A DNA stretch of 61,234 bases, filler included, from Chiloscyllium plagiosum (Eukaryota): NCBI RefSeq assembly GCF_004010195.1. It is 3 parts of one record of this genome, joined end to end, with 100 filler letters (N's around TTAATTAATTAA, not from the genome) between each part and the next. Parts side by side here need not be neighbours in the genome. Positions count along the whole stretch, not along the records: positions 1 to 16,334 come from NC_057715.1; positions 16,435 to 38,214 come from NC_057715.1; 1 more part is not named here. One strand, written 5' to 3'. The notes under the pieces were generated by a model. It was not told the DNA's origin. It saw nothing but the letters and a program-made list of their open reading frames with translations, and searched no databases. Of this stretch, positions 13,459 through 25,434 are shown one piece after another; position 1 is the stretch's first letter, and each line of letters starts with the position of its first letter. The position numbers were made by a program, and so were the translations under genes.

Positions 13459-14819
13459 AAACAATTGCATTCCTTTGAATCACCTTGGAACACCAAAGGC
13501 ACGTTACAAATCTAACCTTTGTGCAGTTTCACATCAACCTGAACATGTGATTTGGACACATTCCATTGGTGAACAACAGAAGACAATGTACCAATTTGGA
13601 AAGTGCTTCACGGCAGAGTGATCCAGACACAGCGCTGGAGATAGAGTTCCATTAGCCAGGGCTGCACTGTTGGGTGTAATTTGCTTTTTAAAGCTGAATC
13701 AAGCTATTGCCTTCTTTTGATCTTGTATTACAAAGAACCCTGCAGCAAATTCAAAACACAAATCATTGTCTGATTCCTGTCCATTACAAAACTCATTGCC
13801 TCTCTTTAGAGGTCCAGCTTGGTAGTAATCATTGTGGTCCTGCACCATCCTAGAAATGTTTGCATTAACAAAGGCTCAGCAGATTGTTCAATCATCTACA
13901 AAGCCAATGATGGACATAAAGAAAAAAATTAAACATTACATCTCTCTTAAAAGAGCAAAGTTAACAATCACACAACACCAGGTCTGAAGTCACGTATAGT
14001 CCCCGAGTTTCCTCCCACTATCAGTCTATCTTTCACCCTGAAGGGCTTTTGTCCGAAACGTCAATTTTCCTGCTTCTTGAATGCTATGCTTTTCCGGCAC
14101 CACTCTGATCTAAACTCTGGTTTCCAGCATCTGCAGTTCTCCCTACCTGCAAGTTGGCATGAACTCTTGCAACATATAAGAAATACTTAAAATATTATCA
14201 CTTCATATTAATACATTCAGGCTGTTCATCCAACCCATCTGCCTGCTAGCCACTTCCACATTTCCTTGCCTTCTAGTGAACCAGATGGGTTTTTCCATTT
14301 CATGGTCATTACTACAGTCTTGATTCCAGACTTTTTAAATCGAAATATTGGTCCTGACATGATTTGAACCCAGGTCCCCAGGGCATTGCTTGAATTAATA
14401 GTCTGGTGATAAAATCACGAGGCTTTGAGGTTGGCTATTTTCTGAAACTTCTTCAGCCTTTGCCTCACTAGATTTTAATTAAACATGAGGACAGTGAAGG
14501 GTGGAATTTGATGATCCAGTCATTTTAATTATAATATCCCTCACAACCAACTAGTTAACACCCCCAACCCATGCAACCATAGCCCAGACCACACGATCCA
14601 TTCCAAGGCTTTGGTATCACCTTTCCAGAACACAAGAGTGTGCACCCCCTGCAGGTGCTCAGATACCAGACAGTGTTGGAGTAAATGACTGCAGGTGCTG
14701 GAATCTGTACTGAAAACAACAAATACTGGAGATCACAGCAGGTCAGACAGCATCCTTGGAGAGAAAGCAAGCTAATGTTACGAGCCTTAAATGTGGTTCT
14801 GATGAAGAATTATAATGAC

Positions 14820-15620
14820 TCTGAGGAATGGCAGATGGAGTTTAATTAGATAAATGTGAGGGAAAGCAAATCTTAGCAGGACTTATACACTTAATGGTAA
14901 GGTCCTAGGGAGTGTTGCTGAACAAAGAGACCTTGGAGTGCAGGTTCATAGCTCCTTGAAAGTGGAGTCGCAGGTAGATAGGATAGTGAAGAAGGCGTTT
15001 GGTATGCTTTCCTTTATTGGTCAGAGTATTGGGTACAGGAGTTGGGAGGTCATGTTGCAGCTGTACAGGACATTGGTTAGGCCACTGTTGGAATATTGCA
15101 TGCAATTCTGGTCTCTTCCTATCAGAAGGATTTTGTGAAACTTGAAAGGGTTCAGCAAAGATTTACAAGGATGTTGCCAGGGTTGGAGCATTTGAGCTAC
15201 AGGGAGATGCTGAACAGGCTGGGGCTGTTTTCCCTGTAGCGTCGGAGGCTGAGGAGTGACCTTATAAAGGTTTATAAAATGATGAGGGGCATGGATAGAA
15301 TAAATCGACAAAGTCTTTTCCCTGGGGTTGGGGAGTCCAGAACTAGAGGGCATAAGTTTAGGGTGAGAGGGGAAAAATATAAAAGAGACCTAAGGGGTGG
15401 TATGTGTATGGAATGAGCTGCCAGAGGAAGTGGTAGAGGCTGGTACAATTGCAACATTTAAGAGGCATTTGGATCGATGTATGAATAGGAAGGGTTTGGA
15501 GGGATATGGGCTGGGTGCTAGCAGGTGGGACTAGATTGGGTTGGGATATATGGTCAGCATGGACAAGTTGGACCGAAGGGTCTGTTTCTGTGCTGTACAT
15601 CTGTATGATTCTATGACTCA
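14820..15620 (+). mobile_element. 5'-truncated CR1 LINE inserted into a PLE-derived fold-back (arms at about 14680-14815 and 15620-15695)
   Basis: EWQMEFN...VRPLLEYCMQFWS homology and CTATGA tail; the flanks are inverted copies of each other. Confidence 0.9.
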
Positions 15621-16114
15621 AAATGTTAGTTTGCTCTCTTTCCATAGATGCTGCCTAACCTGCTGTGATCTCCAGCATTTGTTGTTTTCAGTACTGTACA
15701 GTGTAATTCAATTCTCACTCATTCATGGGATATGGATGTAATGATGAGGTCAGCATTATGCCAGGGGAGATATGTTTAACGATGGGGCAGCATTGTGGCT
15801 CAGTGGTTCACACTCCTGCCTCCCAGCACCAGGGACCTGGGTTCAATTCCACCGTCAGATGACTGTGGTTGTGTTTGCACATTCTCCTTGTTTCTGTGTG
15901 TGGGTTGCCTCTGGGTGCTCTAGCTTCCTCCCACAATCCGAAGATGTGCAGGTTAGGTGGATTGGCCATGACAAATTACCCACATAGTCCAGGGATCTGT
16001 AGGATAGGTGGATTAGCCATGGGAGAAAGTGAGGTCTGCAGATGCTGGAGATCAAAGTTGAAACTTTATTGCTGGAACAGCACAGCAGGTCAGGCAGCAT
16101 CCAGGGAACAGGAG

Positions 16115-16150
16115 ATTCGACGTTTCGGGCACAGGCCCTTCTTCAGGAAT
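16115..16150 (-). ncRNA. Minimal type I hammerhead ribozyme (PLE family 1)
   Basis: Minus strand AUUC-CUGAAGA-A-GGGC(CUGU)GCCC-GAAA-CG-UC^GAAU: CUGANGA and GAAA cores, 4-bp stem I, 4-bp stem II, GUC triplet. Confidence 0.75.
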
Positions 16151-16334
16151 GAGCAGAGAGTGTTCAGCAGGAGAAGATAAAAGGTAGGGAGGAGGGACTT
16201 GGAGGAGGGGCGTTGGAAATGTGATAGGTGGAAAGAGGTCAAGGTGAGGGTGATAGGTCGGAGTAGGATGGAGGCGGAGAGGAATGTGTTGCTGGAAAAG
16301 CGCAGCAGGTCAGGCAGCATCCAGGGAACAGGTG

Positions 16335-16434
16335 NNNNNNNNNNNNNNNNNNNNNNNNNNNNNNNNNNNNNNNNNNNNTTAATTAATTAANNNNNNNNNN
16401 NNNNNNNNNNNNNNNNNNNNNNNNNNNNNNNNNN
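16335..16434. other. Assembly gap containing an artificial six-frame-stop linker TTAATTAATTAA (identical at 38215-38314)
   Basis: 100-nt block N44-TTAATTAATTAA-N44 occurs twice. Plain N gaps at 29277-30069 and 45795-46000. Confidence 0.95.
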
Positions 16435-18817
16435 GAGGGGTGGGGTCATGGTCAAGGGGACGGTAGGAGGAGGTATCTGCGAGCTGGCGTTTGGCCTCAG
16501 CGGTGTAAAGGTCAGTGCGCCAAACTACTACTGCGCCTCCCTTGTCAGCTGGTTTGATGGTGAGGTTGGGGTTGGAACGGAGGGAGTGGAGGGCTGCGCG
16601 TTCCGAGGGTGAGAGGTTGGAGTGGGTGGGAGGGGTGTGGGAGTTCAGGTAGCGGTTAATATCGCGGCGGCAGTTTGCTATGAAGAGGTCGAGGGCAGGT
16701 AGGAGGCCAGCCATGGGAAATACAGGGATAGGGTAGGGTCTGGATGAGTCGCTTTTCAGAGTGTCAGTGTGGACTCAATGGGCTAAATGGCCTGCTTCCA
16801 TATTATAGTGATTCTATGATTCTATGTGGAGTAAGTGGTTTAGAAGAATCTGTGAAAAATACTTTTCACCCAGAGAGTGATAAATGTATGGAATGTCCTG
16901 GCGAAGAGGGTGTTAGAGACAGGTACTATTGCACCATTTAAGAAACCTCAGTGGTTAGCACTGCTGCCTCACAGTTTGCACATTCTCCCCATGTCTGCGT
17001 GGGTTTCCTCTGGGTGCTCCAGTTCCTCCCACAGTCCAAAGATATGCAGATCAGGTGGATGCCATGGGTAATTGCCCCATAGTGTTCGGTGCATTAGTTA
17101 GGGGTAAATGTCAGGAAATGGGTCTGGGTGCGTCTTCGGAGAACTTGTTGGGCCACATGGTCTGTTTCCACACTATTGGGAACCTAATCTAATCTAATTC
17201 TAAATCTAAAAAACATCTGGATGAGCAGTTAAAATGTCAAAGCATTGTAGGGAATGAACCAAGTCCACGTAAATGGGAAAAATGTAGGTTGGCACTTGTT
17301 GGTCATAGAGTCATAGAGATGTGCAGCACAGAAACAGACCCTTCGGTCCAACTCATCCATGCCGATCAGATATCCCAACCCAATCTAGTCCAGCATAGAC
17401 ATTCTAGGCTGAAGGGCCTGTTTCTGAGCTGTATGGCTCAATGACCCCGTATTTGTCACCCGTCCCTAATTGCCCCTCAGTAGACAGTGGCAAGCTGCCT
17501 CCTCAAGCTGCCAAGTCCTTGCAACGTTAGTAACATCTATAATTTTTAAATTAGAAATCCTAAAATGAGCTTGGAGTTGCAAACTGAAGCCTCTTATTCA
17601 GAAGGAAATTAAACTAGAATCAGGTCAGGACTGACTGCTCTCCAAAATGTCCCCTTCATTTGGCAGTCATTATTGTTAATAGAATTCTTCTCAGAAATGC
17701 ATTTGGGTATTGCTTTCTATAATAAAGTTCTTTACTGGTGCTATCAGGAGGATTTGTTCTAGTTACTTACAAATGAATGTACTTTTCAGTAAATAAGTAA
17801 TATTAAATTTGAAAAGCATCACTGAAATCAGAGTTCGAGACCACAGCTCCAGGCTGAGAAAGGCCCTGCTAGCTTTGTTACTGTTACAAACCACTCTTAT
17901 CACCATTACCGTAGAATCATACAGTACAGAAGAAGCCCTTTGGCTCATAAAGTCTGTACCATCAAGGTCACACTAAATCTGAACTAACAAACTGCTGGAG
18001 GAAGTGGTGGAGGCTGGTACAATTACAACTGGATGGGTACATGAATAGGAAGGATTTAGAGGCACTTGGGCCAATTACTGGCAAATAAGGACTAGATTAA
18101 TTTCAGATATCTGGTTGACATGGAGGAGTTGGACTGTTGCGTCTGTTTCCATCCTGTACATCTCTGTCTCTCCATGAGTATGGTCCCACATTCCCACACC
18201 ACACCCACAGCCTTTAATGTGAAGACGTTTCAAGGGCTCATTCGAGTAACTTTTTAAAGGTTGTGGGGTTTCCCATCTGAACTACCCTCCCAGGCAGTGG
18301 ATTCCAGATCCTCCCCACCCTCTGTGTTCCTCAAAACTTTCAGCTTTCACTTTTAAATGATGCCTATTGTGATGCCTGGGTGTTAACTATTAGCAGCTTG
18401 TGTTTGAGTGAGAGTTCTGCCCATTATTCTTCCTTCCTGTCTTCACCTCAGAGGCTGAACTATAGTCTGTGGTAGAGGATGGGCCGTGACTGAAATCTAG
18501 CAGGAGACACTCCTGTTTTAGACAAGGCCGTGTGTATTGATGCCTCATGCATGTGTCAAGCCCCGCTTTAGACTTGGTGCACCTGTGAAGGCGATAGAGA
18601 CCTGGGTCAGGTCTGCACTGTATCACTTGGGAGCCTCATCGGGGTCAATTTTTCAATGTGGATTTTGGTGTGATGCTAATGTAGGCACTGGGGTGAGGTT
18701 TTCACTTTCCCCAAGCCCAGGAACCATTAACTAAACTGTGACAGACCTTGCCTTGATTTTACTTTTGTTTTATGTACAACTTCTGTCATTGACCTAGACG
18801 CTGTGGTGAGGCAACTT

Positions 18818-19315
18818 AAGAACATAAGAACTAGGAGCAGGAGTAGGCCATTTGGCCCATCCAGCCTGCTCCATGATTCAATAAGATCATGGCTGATCTT
18901 TTCATAGGCTCAGCTCCACTTACCTGCCCGCTCACCATAACCCTTCATTCCTTTGTTGTTCAAAAATCTGCCTTTGCCTTAAAAACATTCAATAAGGCAG
19001 CCTCAACAGCTTCATTGGGTGGGGAATTCCACAGCTTCACAACCCTCTGGGTGAAGAAGCTCCTCCTCTACTCAGTCCTAAATCTACTCTCCCTAATTTT
19101 GAGGTTGTGCCCCTTTGTTCTAGTTTCACCCACCAGTGGAAACAACCCCCCTGCTTCTATCATCCATTTCCTTCATAATTTTATACATTTCTACAAGATT
19201 CTCCCCTCATTCCTCTAACTTCCATGAGTATAGTGCTGGTCAATCTCTCCTCATGAGCCCACTGTCTCAACTCCAGAATCAACATTTGCATCCCTTCCAA
19301 TGCCAGAACATCCTT
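18818..19315 (-). mobile_element. CR1 LINE 3' fragment
   Basis: AAGAACATAAGAA tail; antisense of the FTQRVVKLWNSP motif. Confidence 0.85.
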
Positions 19316-19787
19316 TCTCTTTTCACTGTATTTTTAATGTAAAAGTACACATGACAAAAAAATTCTACTCTATTCCATTCTAGATGTGAAACCTGTAAAA
19401 TGGACATAAAAGATTCCTCAAACACTTTCGAAGACAAATACCATGGAGACTTGGCCAACATTTGGAGTTTTCCTTTCATTCGATAAACTAAGGAAGGACT
19501 TGCAGCCACCCTCCTCCACCCTTATCTTATGATTCACATTCTTTGGCAAATCTTAGAAGCAAAAAACTTCCATTTAAAGAGCTCTTTTAAAGTCATGAAG
19601 TTTAATCATTGTCAAAATCTGAGACTGAGTTAAGAGAAAGGTAAATTGAATTAGCTTTATTGTCACATGTACTCAAATGTGTACTGTTAAAGGTTTATAA
19701 GTCACCGCTTTTAGGTACAAAGGTATTGAGGTACAGTACTTAGTTACCTAATATGGAGAAATGAAAAATAAGGTTATGTAATAGATA

Positions 19788-19965
19788 GGAGAAAGTGAGG
19801 ACTGCAGATGCTGGAGATCAGAGCAGAAAATGTGTTGCTGGAAAAGCGCAGCAGGTCAGGCAGCATCCAAGGAGCAGGAGAATTGACGCTTCGGGCATGA
19901 GCCGATTCTCCAGCTCCTTGGATGTTGCCTGACCTGCTGCGCTTTTTCAGCAACACATATTCAGC
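19788..19965. mobile_element. PLE family 1 fold-back element with 13-bp TSD
   Basis: Inverted arms TGTGTTGCTGGAAAAGCGCAGCAGGTCAGGCAGCATCCAAGGAGC; TATGTAATAGATA at 19775-19787 and 19966-19978. Confidence 0.85.
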
Positions 19966-20130
19966 TATGTAATAGATATACCTGTAAAGGTTACATTCCA
20001 GTATAACCACAGGTCAGAAAGTCAGAAAAACAAGTCATTAAAAGGACAAACATCACAGTCTCTCTCCTCATGCTCTCCCCAGCAGACCAGTGCACGGAGC
20101 CTCCAAGCGGGCTGACAACTGGCTGGACCC

Positions 20131-21070
20131 GCTCCCACAATGGGCCACTGTCCCCGAGTCACTGCCCCAATCCCACACTGGGCCACTGTCCCCAAGTCAC
20201 TGCCCCACTCCCACACTGGGCCACTGTCCCTGAGTCACTGCCCCACTCCCACACTGGGCCACTGACCCCGGGTCACTGCCCCACTCCCACACTGGGTCAC
20301 TATCCCTGAGTCACTGCCCCACTCCCACACTGGGGCACAGTCCCCGAGTCACAGTCCCACTCCCACACTGGACCACTGTCCCCCGAGTCACTGTCCCCAC
20401 TCCCATACTGGACCACTGTCCCCGAGTCACAGTCCCACTCCCACACTGGACCACTGTCCCAGAGTCACTGTCCCACTCCTACACTGGACCACTATCCCCG
20501 AGTCACTGCCCAACTCCCACACTGGGACACTGTCCCCGAGTCACTGTCCCACTACCACACTGGACCACTGTCCCCGAGTCACTGCCCAACTCCCACACTG
20601 GACCACTGTCCCCGAGTCACTGTCCCACTCCCACAATTGGACACTGTCCCGAGTCACTGTCCCACTCCCACACTTGGACACTATACCCCGAGTCACTGTC
20701 CCACTCCCACAATTGGACACTGTTCCCTGAGTCACTGTCCCACTCCCACACTGTGACACTGTCCCCGAGTCACTGCCCCACTCCCACACTGGACCACTGT
20801 CCCTGAGTCACTGTCCCACTCCCACACTGGACCACTGTCCCTGAGTCACTGTCCCACTCCCACACTGTGACACTGTCCCCCGAGTCACTACCCCACTCCC
20901 ACACTTGGACACTGTCCCCCGAGTCACTGTCCCACTCCCACACTGGGACACTGTCCCCCGAGTCACTGTCCCACTCCCACACTTGGACACTGTCCCCCGA
21001 GTCACTGTCCCACTCCCACACTGGGACACTGTCCCCCGAGTCACTGTCCCACTCCCACACTGTGACACTG
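20131..21070. repeat. 38/39-bp C-rich minisatellite, about 24 units
   Basis: Unit TCCCACACTGGACCACTGTCCCCGAGTCACTGTCCCAC with variants. Confidence 0.97.
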
Positions 21071-21825
21071 GTCGCTGGCGTCCCCAATTTAGACTGCACT
21101 GAGCTGCTGTCCACACTTCTGAGGCTTTTAGGAAAGATTATCAAAAGCTTAGTCCCAGAGGTAGATTTATTGGAGACACGTGTAGAGAAAAGCCTGCTTC
21201 CAGGAGAGCAGAGGAAAACGTGATCATTGAATATATTCCAGGCTGAGTTAGACAATGTCACGGCCACCAATACTGCACCTAGCTTTGTATTTCTGGATTT
21301 ACTCAAATGTTGCAACGTGTCGTAGGATTTGAACTCATACTCAGCCCAGAACCAGGCTTGCTGAATTACTAGATTGGTCTAGTAACATGAGCACTAAACT
21401 TATCTTGTATAAAAAGATGTCCTGTGGTTGTCACCTGTTACAACAAAGACATGCAAGTTTAGTGGATTGGCCATGCTCAATTGCTCCATAGTGTCCAGAT
21501 GTGTGCAGGTGAAGTGCATTAGCCATGGGAAATGCAGGGTTCAAGGGACAGGGTGGGTCTGGGTGGGATGCTCTTTAGAGGGTCAGTGTGGATTCAATGG
21601 GCCGAATGTCCTGCTTCCACACTGTAGAGATTCTACAAATCTAAGTCCAAGTTGCTCATCATTTTGAAAATCTTGAGCGAATCTCCACTCAAATTTCTCA
21701 AAAGGGAAGGAGGAAGGGGTCAATAGAGGTGGAAACTTTATTGACAAATGAATGCACAGCCCTAACAGTTTTCAGAGCAGCCCTAAGGAATTGCTTTCAG
21801 AAGAGTGTCCAAATACCACGCCCCG

Positions 21826-22566
21826 AGTGTGATGCTGGAAAAGCACAGCAGGTCAGGCAGCATCCGAGGAGCAGGAGAATCAACATTTCGGGCACAAGCC
21901 CTTCATCAGGGTTGAATTGTCGATTCTCCTGCTCCTTGGATGCTGCTTGACCTGCTGTGCACTTCCAGCACCACCCTCTCGACTCTGATCTCCAGCATCT
22001 GCAGTCCTCACTTTCTCCAAATACCAGACCGTGCCTAATTAGGATTATTTATTGTATATTGTCAGAATCCACGGGATGAAAAATGTGGTGCTGGAAAAAC
22101 ACAGCGGGCCAGGCAGCATCCAAGGAGCAGGAGAATCAACATTTCAGGCACAAGCCCTTCATCAGGGTTGAATTGTCGATTCTCCTGCTCCTTGGATGCT
22201 GCTGTGCACTTCCATCACCTGCTGTGCACTTCCAGCACCACCCTCTCGACTCTGATCTCCAGCATCTGCAGTCCTCACTTTCTCTAAATACCAGACCGTG
22301 CCTAATTAGGATTATTTATTGTATATTGTCAGAATCCACGGGATGAAAAATGTGGTGCTGGAAAAACACAGCGGGCCAGGCAGCATCCAAGGAGCAGGAG
22401 AATCAACGTTCCGGGCATAAGCCCTTCTTCAGGAAATTCCTGAAGAAGGGCTTATGCCCGAAACGTCGATTCTCCTGCTCCTCGGATGCTGCCTGGCCTG
22501 CTGTGTTTCTCCAGCACCACATTTTTCAACTCTGATCTCCAGCGTCTGCAGTCCTCACTTTCTCCT
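21826..22566. mobile_element. Three tandem PLE family 1 fold-backs; the middle one was generated by a 267-bp tandem duplication
   Basis: Spacer AAATACCAGACCGTGCCTAATTAGG...GGATGAAAAATG repeated at 22019 and 22286; hammerhead core on + at 22440-22467. Confidence 0.85.
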
Positions 22567-22729
22567 AGAATCCAAGGGAGCCCGCCAGAACAGGTAATAA
22601 AAACTCTAAGTGTTGGAGAAACTCAACAGATCAGCCAGCAATAGAGCAGAGAGAAACAGAGTTAATATTTTGGGTGCAGAAGCTTATTTGCATTCTGGAA
22701 GATGTTTTGATGATTGAACTCAAAGCAAG

Positions 22730-23396
22730 GGTGGCTCAGTGATTAGCACTGCTGCCTCACAGCACCAGGGTTCCAGATTCAATTCCAGACTTGGGTGACT
22801 GTCTGTGTGGAGTTTGCACATTCTCCCTGTGTCTGTGGGGGTTTCCTCCGGGTGCCCTGGTTTCCTCCCACAGTCCAAAGACATGCAGGTCAGGTGAATT
22901 AGCCATACTAAATTGCCCATAGCGTTAGGTGTGTTAGTCAGAGGGAAGTGAGTCTGGGTGGGTTACTCTTCAGAGGATCGGTGTGAACTGGTTGGGCCGA
23001 AGGGCCTGTTTCCACACTGTAGGGAATCTAATCTAATCAACCCTCGTTACGGGTTCTGCCTGACCTGCTGAGGTTTTTGTGTACTTAAGTTCACACCGTG
23101 GGTGGCACGGTGACACAGTGGTTAGCACTGCTGCCTCACAGCGCCAGAGATCCGGGTTCAATTCCCCCCTCAGATGACTCTCTGTGTGGAGTTTGCACAT
23201 TCTCCCCTTGTCTGCGTGGGGTTTCCTCCGGGTGCTCCGGTTTCCTCCCACAATCCAAAAAATGTGCAGGTTAGGTGAATTGGCCAGGCTAAATTGCCCG
23301 TAGTGTTAGGTGTAGGGGAATGGGTCTGGGTGGGTGGTGGACCGGTGTGGACTTGTTGGGCCGAAGGACCTGTTTCCACACTGTAATCTAATCTAA
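22730..23396 (+). mobile_element. Two tandem family A (HE1-like) SINEs (22730-23037 and 23101-23396)
   Basis: A/B boxes, V-domain-like core and (TAATC)n tails. Confidence 0.9.
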
Positions 23397-24639
23397 CCTC
23401 CAGCACCAACACTATTCTGTTTTGATTCGGGCAAAATGGAGGCCACGTAACCTATTCAGCATGCATCACACCAGTTCAGCCAGAGATTTGCGATCATGCA
23501 TTCTGCACAGCGTATCATCCTCAGCTCTGTGTCAGCACTTTCATTGTTATTCGATATTTATGGAAGGGAGAGTACCTTATATCATCTATTTCAATCTCTC
23601 TCTCTCTCTGCTTCTCACTGAAGAAAAGCATTTTTTTTTGCCTGATTGTCTGAAATAAGTTATCACTTTGATCCTCCAAGTTCAGTTTTCCCTGGTTATA
23701 GTTTGTTTATTGTTGTTCTGCTGAAAGCTGCAGGTATTTTCAATTTCTTCAGATAACCTTCTCAGAACTTGCGTGATTTCCTTCAGTGACAGTGTGAAGG
23801 TCAGCAAGTATTGTAGGTTAGTCCAAGAGGAGTTTGTGCAAGGCTAGAGATATTAACAATACTGAGAGTTAGAAAGGATCAGAATATAATTATAATGATG
23901 GCTCTGTCTAAAACTGGTATCCATAAATATTTGATGAATTAGCAAAGGAAGTTTTATCTGGTCAAACTGAATTGTTCTTGTTTCTTAAAATTAAATAAAT
24001 TACAGTCAAGCCAATTCATTATATTGAATTTTCAACATTCTGCCTTGTGGATCTCTCCAGGTCTCCAGCCTGTACCTCATCGATCTGCATTGATTCGTGA
24101 TCCACTGCTTATCAGATTTGACTCTGTGGGATCAGGAGGTCGCAAATGCATGACTAGGGAATAGTTGGCCAACATAGTACAATGAAGGGTATGTAGGTTA
24201 GTCTGATCTTAGAGTAAGATAAAAGGTCGACACAACATCGAGGGCCGAAGGGCCTGTACTGTGCTGTATTGTATGTACTATGTTCTGTAGGGACTGTCCA
24301 GCAAACCGTGGTCAAGAATAAGCAAGTGAGCTGTAGGCAGAGAGCGATTTGTGTCCCTAATTCTCCAACTCTCTCCATGCTAGTGCCCACTCTGTGCTCT
24401 CTCTCTCCCACATGCACAGGGTGGTGCATGTATGGAATGAGCTGCCAGAGGAATTGGTGGAGGCTGTACAATTATAACATTTAAAAGGCACCTGGATATA
24501 TGAATAGGAAGGATTTAGGGGGACATGGGCCAAGTGCTGGCAAGTGGGACTAGATTAGTTTCGGATATCTGGTCAGCATGGACGTGTTGGACAGAAGGGT
24601 CTATTTCCATGCTGTACATCTCTATGCTCGATGAATCTA

Positions 24640-24820
24640 TGACTCTCTCTATGCTCCTGCTCTCTCTTCTCTGTGTTGCTGCTGCTCTCTCTCCGTCTTC
24701 TCTCTGTCTCTCTCTCTCTCTTTTTCCCTGCTGTCTCTCTGCCCCTGCTCTCTCTCTCTCTCTGTTTTCCTGCCTTCTCCCCATGCTCTGCTGTGCTCAC
24801 TGTCTACTCCTTCTCTCCCC
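24640..24820. repeat. CT-rich low-complexity / degenerate (CT)n tract
   Basis: Pyrimidine-biased CTCT repeats following a CR1 tail at about 24415-24650. Confidence 0.85.
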
Positions 24821-25238
24821 ATGCCTGTACCAATTTGCATTATGATTTAAACGGAGAGAGTTCTGTAATTACTAATTCTGTGGAAATGGTTACTGAAAAT
24901 GAACGCGTTTGAGGGCTAATGAGCAAGTGACCAGGATGTGACCAGCAGATGTTGCACTGTGTCGCTTTTCTAGCATGTTGCAGTGAGAGAGTTTCACTGT
25001 GCTTTCCTGTAAAAACACTAACAAAACCTTTCATGCAAATCTGTCAGCTGACCAATCCTGTAAAATATCTTCAAATAAACAGAAACTACATTTACTGTTC
25101 CATTCTTGGTGTGAAATTGGCAAGTTTATGTAATTGGTATGTGGTATGTTATTCTGAGCTCTGATTTCTCTATTTTTCTAATGTATTGATGAACTAGTTA
25201 TTTCTTTGTTTTTCTTATTTTTCCCTAAACATTTGTAC

Positions 25239-25434
25239 TGGTCATTCTGCTATAACGCACGTTTCATGAACACAAATTCAGCGCAACATGATCGACAAAT
25301 TGGGGACAGTGTTTCTAAAGCACAAACTTTTAAACAGTGTGTTGGCTTTAATGCAATTACAACGGCAACATTTTAAGTGCTGTTTCTATAGAACTCACAA
25401 GAATGCATCCATCATGTTATAGAATAGCTATCTG
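25239..25434. mobile_element. Degenerate MITE, Tigger/pogo-like
   Basis: Imperfect terminal inverted repeats CTGGTCATTCTGCTATAAC ... GTTATAGAATAGCTATCTG, preceded by TA; it interrupts a repeat seen uninterrupted at about 53150-53285. Confidence 0.5.

Larger units (their letters stand above)
16025..16708 (-). mobile_element. Penelope-like element (RT fragment plus 3' pseudo-LTR), gapped
   Basis: Minus-strand ORF NLSPSERAALHSLRSNPNLTIKPADKGGAVVVW carries the PLE-type ADKG motif; 10-bp duplication AGCCATGGGA at 16015-16024 and 16709-16718. Confidence 0.85.
15784..16825 (+). mobile_element. Family A SINE split by a PLE insertion
   Basis: SINE head and body at 15784-16024; remainder resumes at 16709-16825. 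Confidence 0.8.

Noticed and set aside
6456..13515. Dozens of His/Trp/Gly-rich or Cys/Pro-rich ORFs
   Set aside because: These are translations of the 26-bp minisatellite; the unit is not a multiple of 3 and stops recur in all frames.
16379..16390. TTAATTAATTAA palindrome repeated at 38259-38270
   Set aside because: Embedded in identical N blocks; a scaffolding linker, not biological.
20541..21315. Repetitive ORFs up to 181 aa
   Set aside because: They arise from 39-bp minisatellite units, with no splice or homology support.
23072..23100. RSS-like GGTTTTTGT-13 nt-CACCGTG
   Set aside because: The spacer is 13 nt, the heptamer is imperfect, and it abuts a SINE head rather than a D or J segment; no V, J or C exons were found in the window.
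24051..24340. Possible exon (CTCTCCAG acceptor at 24060, GTGAG donor near 24326)
   Set aside because: Interrupted by a CR1 tail, no recognisable protein, and no partner exons.
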